This document shows, piece after piece, positions 60,563 through 64,000 of a stretch of 64,000 nt of DNA. A model generated the notes under the pieces. The model saw nothing but the letters and a program-made list of their open reading frames with translations. It was not told the origin of the DNA and ran no database searches. The stretch spans positions 608,001 through 672,000 of the forward strand of contig CAVZJV010000014.1 of NCBI GenBank assembly GCA_963775685.1, given 5' to 3'. Within the stretch, counting starts at the first letter, position 1, and each line of letters opens with the position of its first letter. The stretch is from Candidatus Bathyarchaeota archaeon. Lineage in GTDB: Archaea > Thermoproteota > Bathyarchaeia > Bathyarchaeales > Bathycorpusculaceae. The position numbers were made by a program, and so were the translations under genes.

Positions 60563-61255
60563 TTATTCTTTTTTGTTGTATTCGTTCGCTTTTTTCATTT
60601 CACTGTCTAAGGGGTAGTTCTCCTCAAACATTGATGCAAGAAATCGAAGATTTTCAGGTACATAATTATTTATTTCGATAATTTTGGTGTACTTAACTTT
60701 AAAACGCTTAGCTACTTTAACCAGTTCCTTGCATACTTTGATGAACTCTTTGCGATTCTCTCTACTAACTGACTCATGAGTTAAAGAAGGTTTTATGACA
60801 GTCCTAACTATGTTGATGAGGTTCTCCGCTTTTTTAATTATTTGCGACATTTCTTTTTTCTTGATTACTTTGAATGGTTCATTACCATACAATTGTATAA
60901 ACCCATAAAATCCATCTGTAAATTCAATTTTATTTTTTGAACTGGTTTCACCTAATCGATTGATTAAGTCGAACGCTCTTGTATTGTATTCTCCCAATTC
61001 TTTCATATATCCTGTGTTTATTGAGATCTGTTTGCATTTATTTGCTAAAGACTCATATTCGGTTAATAGTTCGATATACTTTTTCTGAATTTGAATAAGA
61101 TGTTTTATTATTTCATTTATTTGCGTTCTTGTTGGCGCTATATGAATAGCCTCTATTAAAGGAATGAATTGACCATTAATTGCAGCCATAGAGTCAAAAG
61201 TCGCAGCGATAGAAATCATTTCAACTTTAAGAGCACTTTCCAAACGTTCCTTCAC
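60563..61255 (-). CDS. Helical hypothetical protein (reading frame extends ~100 bp further upstream)
   Basis: 230+ aa ORF in an AT-rich region. Confidence 0.6.
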   Translation of the reverse strand: MKERLESALKVEMISIAATFDSMAAINGQFIPLIEAIHIAPTRTQINEIIKHLIQIQKKYIELLTEYESLANKCKQISINTGYMKELGEYNTRAFDLINRLGETSSKNKIEFTDGFYGFIQLYGNEPFKVIKKKEMSQIIKKAENLINIVRTVIKPSLTHESVSRENRKEFIKVCKELVKVAKRFKVKYTKIIEINNYVPENLRFLASMFEENYPLDSEMKKANEYNKKE

Positions 61256-61533
61256 AAGAGTATTTTTCTGATGTTCAGTTATAACTAGAGCAATATCCCT
61301 AACTATTGGAAGGGTTGTGCTAATTACTGTAAGAGGAAGATTTTTGTTATCGCCCAGATTTATCCCCTTTTAGTTAATTGACCTTTGGGTTATTAATTAA
61401 TTTGCGGTGTAATCATTAAGAGGCTGAATTTGAACATATTCAACAATTGAGAAATGTCTTTTCAATTAGGAATAAAGAAGCGGAGCGACCCGCGCAAGCG
61501 GGAGCGGAGAGGTAATGCCTGCGGTCTTGGTTT

Positions 61534-62372
61534 TTAAATTGCTTCAAAATCAAAGAGGTCTTTTTTCCTTTGTATATTGGAAGGTTTCTGACAGAATTTT
61601 TTGATATATCTATACCAATCTTTTCTGACGTATTTTCTATCTCTCCATATTCTAATTTCACGCGCCTGTAAAAGCACCCAGTCAAGATCATCAAATCCAT
61701 ATTCAGTTTCAAGTTCCTTCCTTCGCGCATGACGTAATCCTTCCATAATCAATCTTTTTTCGTGTTGGTCTACATTTAATTTAGCTTCACCAGAAATTGT
61801 CTTTCTATTTATTGTATAATCCGTAATCTCATAATCTGAAGTTTTTGAAGATGCCGTATTTTACGATAGAATACCAATAATCAATACGTTTTTTGGGAAA
61901 AACATAGTTCGTCCCCAAGCTTTGAAAATAGTTATACAATTCTTTAGTCCAAGGGTCATCAAACACGCTATTAATTGGTAAACCAATAAGTCGATAAGGA
62001 GGTCCTTCGGTTGGTTCAAACTTCTGTTTTGAAATTTTTATTCTGAAAATTGCAACTTGAATTCTTTTTGAGAATTCACTAACTAAATCACTTGCATTAA
62101 TTTGTTTATTATCAATTTGTCTCATAAATTCCAAAAATCGTTTGAGTGTTGGTTCTGGCATATCTATTTCTTCAAGCCACGAATCGTCCCCTTTGGCAGT
62201 GGGTTACGTTCATGTTTCCAGAGCTTGGGTCACGTTTTGATGTTAATTCAGTCGGTCTTGGTATCCCTAATAAATAAAGAGCTTTTAGAAATATTTTGGT
62301 TTTAGGCTCAGGTACACTCTCTATACATTCACGTACTTCCATGTAATTTAGAGTATTCTTTTTTGTCTCCAT
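61534..62372 (-). pseudogene. Tyrosine recombinase-like gene split by frameshifts
   Basis: Three consecutive ORFs give LKALYLLGIPRPTE (catalytic R), YRLIGLP..DPWT..YVFP, LRHARRKELETEYGFD, and a distal Tyr. Confidence 0.6.
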
Positions 62373-62496
62373 AAGTAGATAGATAGTCTCAGTTACGGAT
62401 AAAAGATTTTTCTAAGCTATTTGGGAATTAGTATAATTATTTATAGCTCGTACAATAATTGTTCAAATTATCCTATTTGATAAAAAGGGAATCAGT

Positions 62497-63556
62497 TTGG
62501 GGGAAAAAAATAAAGTCAACGAAGCAGTTGAGTTGTACAGAGGGAATTTTGAGAGTTATAAGGACCTCGCATTAGCAGTTGACAATATTATTCGCCAAGT
62601 TTTAGACCAACAAGGAATAAATTACCATAGCATTACGAATAGACCGAAGGAAGTTGAACGATATAGAGAGAAGGCTTCAAAAGAAAAATATGATGATCCT
62701 AAGAATCAAATAATGGACATGGCTGGAGTGAGAATTATAACTTATATTGATTCAGATGCCAAAAAAGTTGAAAGAATTGTGAAATCATTGTTTGTTATAA
62801 TTCCTGAATACAGCAAAGATAAATCAGAGGAACTTGGAACAGATAGAGTGGGATATCGTTCGATTCATTGTATTTGCACCCTTGGAAAAGAAAGATTAGC
62901 TTTACCCGAAAATAGGGCTTACAGAAATCTTTTTTTTGAAATTCAAATTAGGACAATATTGCAACACGCGTGGGCAGAATTTGAACATGATAGAAACTAT
63001 AAATTTAAGGGTGTAGCTCCGAACGAAATTAGAAGAAGATTGTCTGTTGTAGCTGGAAGTCTAGAGCCTACTTGATTGGACTTTTGAATCGATATCTAAA
63101 GGTATTGATGAATATACTTCATTAATTAAGGAAAAGACAAAGTCAGGGGATTTTAGCGTTCCAATTACTTCGGCATCTCTAAGAGTTTATTTGCCACAGA
63201 AATTTTCTAAATTATTAGAAAATGGTTTGAAGCCTTACCAAGATGAAGAAAATGATATTAAAATGGTTAACGAGTTATCTGATGTAGGAATTTTGACTCT
63301 TGAGCAGTGGGATAAAGCAATTCCCAAAAATCTTATAGAAATGGCGATTAGACATAAAGTCTCTACAACATATTTGGGCTTGATTAGGGATATTATGATT
63401 CTTTTTAATGCGGAAACTTACTTTAAGAAAGCTTGGAAAGATTCATGGAAATATCTCGACAAGGAATCAGTTAGCCTGTTAGAAAATTACGGAATTTCAG
63501 AAGAAGAATTAAAAAAGTATCTTAAGAAAAGACCATATACCATCTACAATAGTTAA
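62497..63556 (+). CDS. RelA/SpoT-domain small alarmone synthetase-like protein, with a single frameshift near 63067
   Basis: RPK...EK, DMAGVRII, GYRSIH, EIQIRTILQHAWAEFEHD; removing one C restores LELLD...F and joins ORF 63191-63556. Confidence 0.85.
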
Positions 63557-63594
63557 TGAATAATATTTGATTTTTAGGTTGTGTTCTCCACTAT

Positions 63595-64000
63595 CTATTT
63601 CTTTGTGAAGAATTTAACTCCATCAAAGTCCATTTCAAAGTTGTAGCCTTTTGCTAATAATTGCTTAACCTCTACTATGTTTCTCGCTTCTGCCACTTGA
63701 TAATTCTCTTCGCCAGTTGTGATTAACTCTGATAAGACTTGTGTTTCTGTTTCCCTAACGGGTATATTGATTTCATTTTTATCTTTGATAAATGGATAAG
63801 CTTTCATGTATGCGTCTTTTAATCCTTCGTCTGCTGGTAAGCTGTAGGCATCTCGGCTATTGATTAATTGGGGTCCGAGTATTTGGTCTATCCAATTTGA
63901 GTTTTCCAGCTCTTTCTAAGTCCGTTTGAAGTTTCTTTCTAAGCTATGAGCTGACATTCTTTCTTCATTTACGCTTTCAAAAACTTCTCTCATTAATGAT
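63595..64000 (-). pseudogene. C-terminal part of a third tyrosine recombinase (frameshifted; runs off the window)
   Basis: Across frames: HSL/RKKLQTDLERAG/NSNWIDQILG/QLINSRDAYSLPADEGLKDAY; C-terminal tail resembles that of the 38161 integrase. Confidence 0.7.

Overview
Archaeal DNA, most consistent with Bathyarchaeia. This is an inference from the gene families, GGTGA ribosome-binding sites, oligo-T terminators and expanded PQQ-like beta-propeller surface proteins. The left ~38 kb is intact core and metabolic sequence: a porGDAB 2-oxoacid:ferredoxin oxidoreductase operon, grpE-dnaK-dnaJ, acs with an acetate permease, a P-type ATPase, AsnRS, transporters, surface proteins, rubrerythrin, and an unusual redox operon (double-cubane-type protein, BzdP/BzdQ-like ATPases, BzdM-like ferredoxin, two membrane proteins). 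From 38 kb an accessory region begins with a likely C/D-box guide RNA and a tyrosine integrase. It carries a GH15 glycosidase, four more beta-propeller paralogues, tandem DUF72 genes, many micro-ORFs, and a RelA/SpoT-domain gene between two further tyrosine recombinases. Many genes right of ~39.8 kb are frameshifted, probably partly from long-read consensus error. The most striking unexplained signal is a ~100-nt structured element with covarying stems and a conserved TTGCA(T/C)TT loop. It occurs in six copies that bracket three of the five beta-propeller genes as direct repeats. All calls were made by eye, with no database searches.
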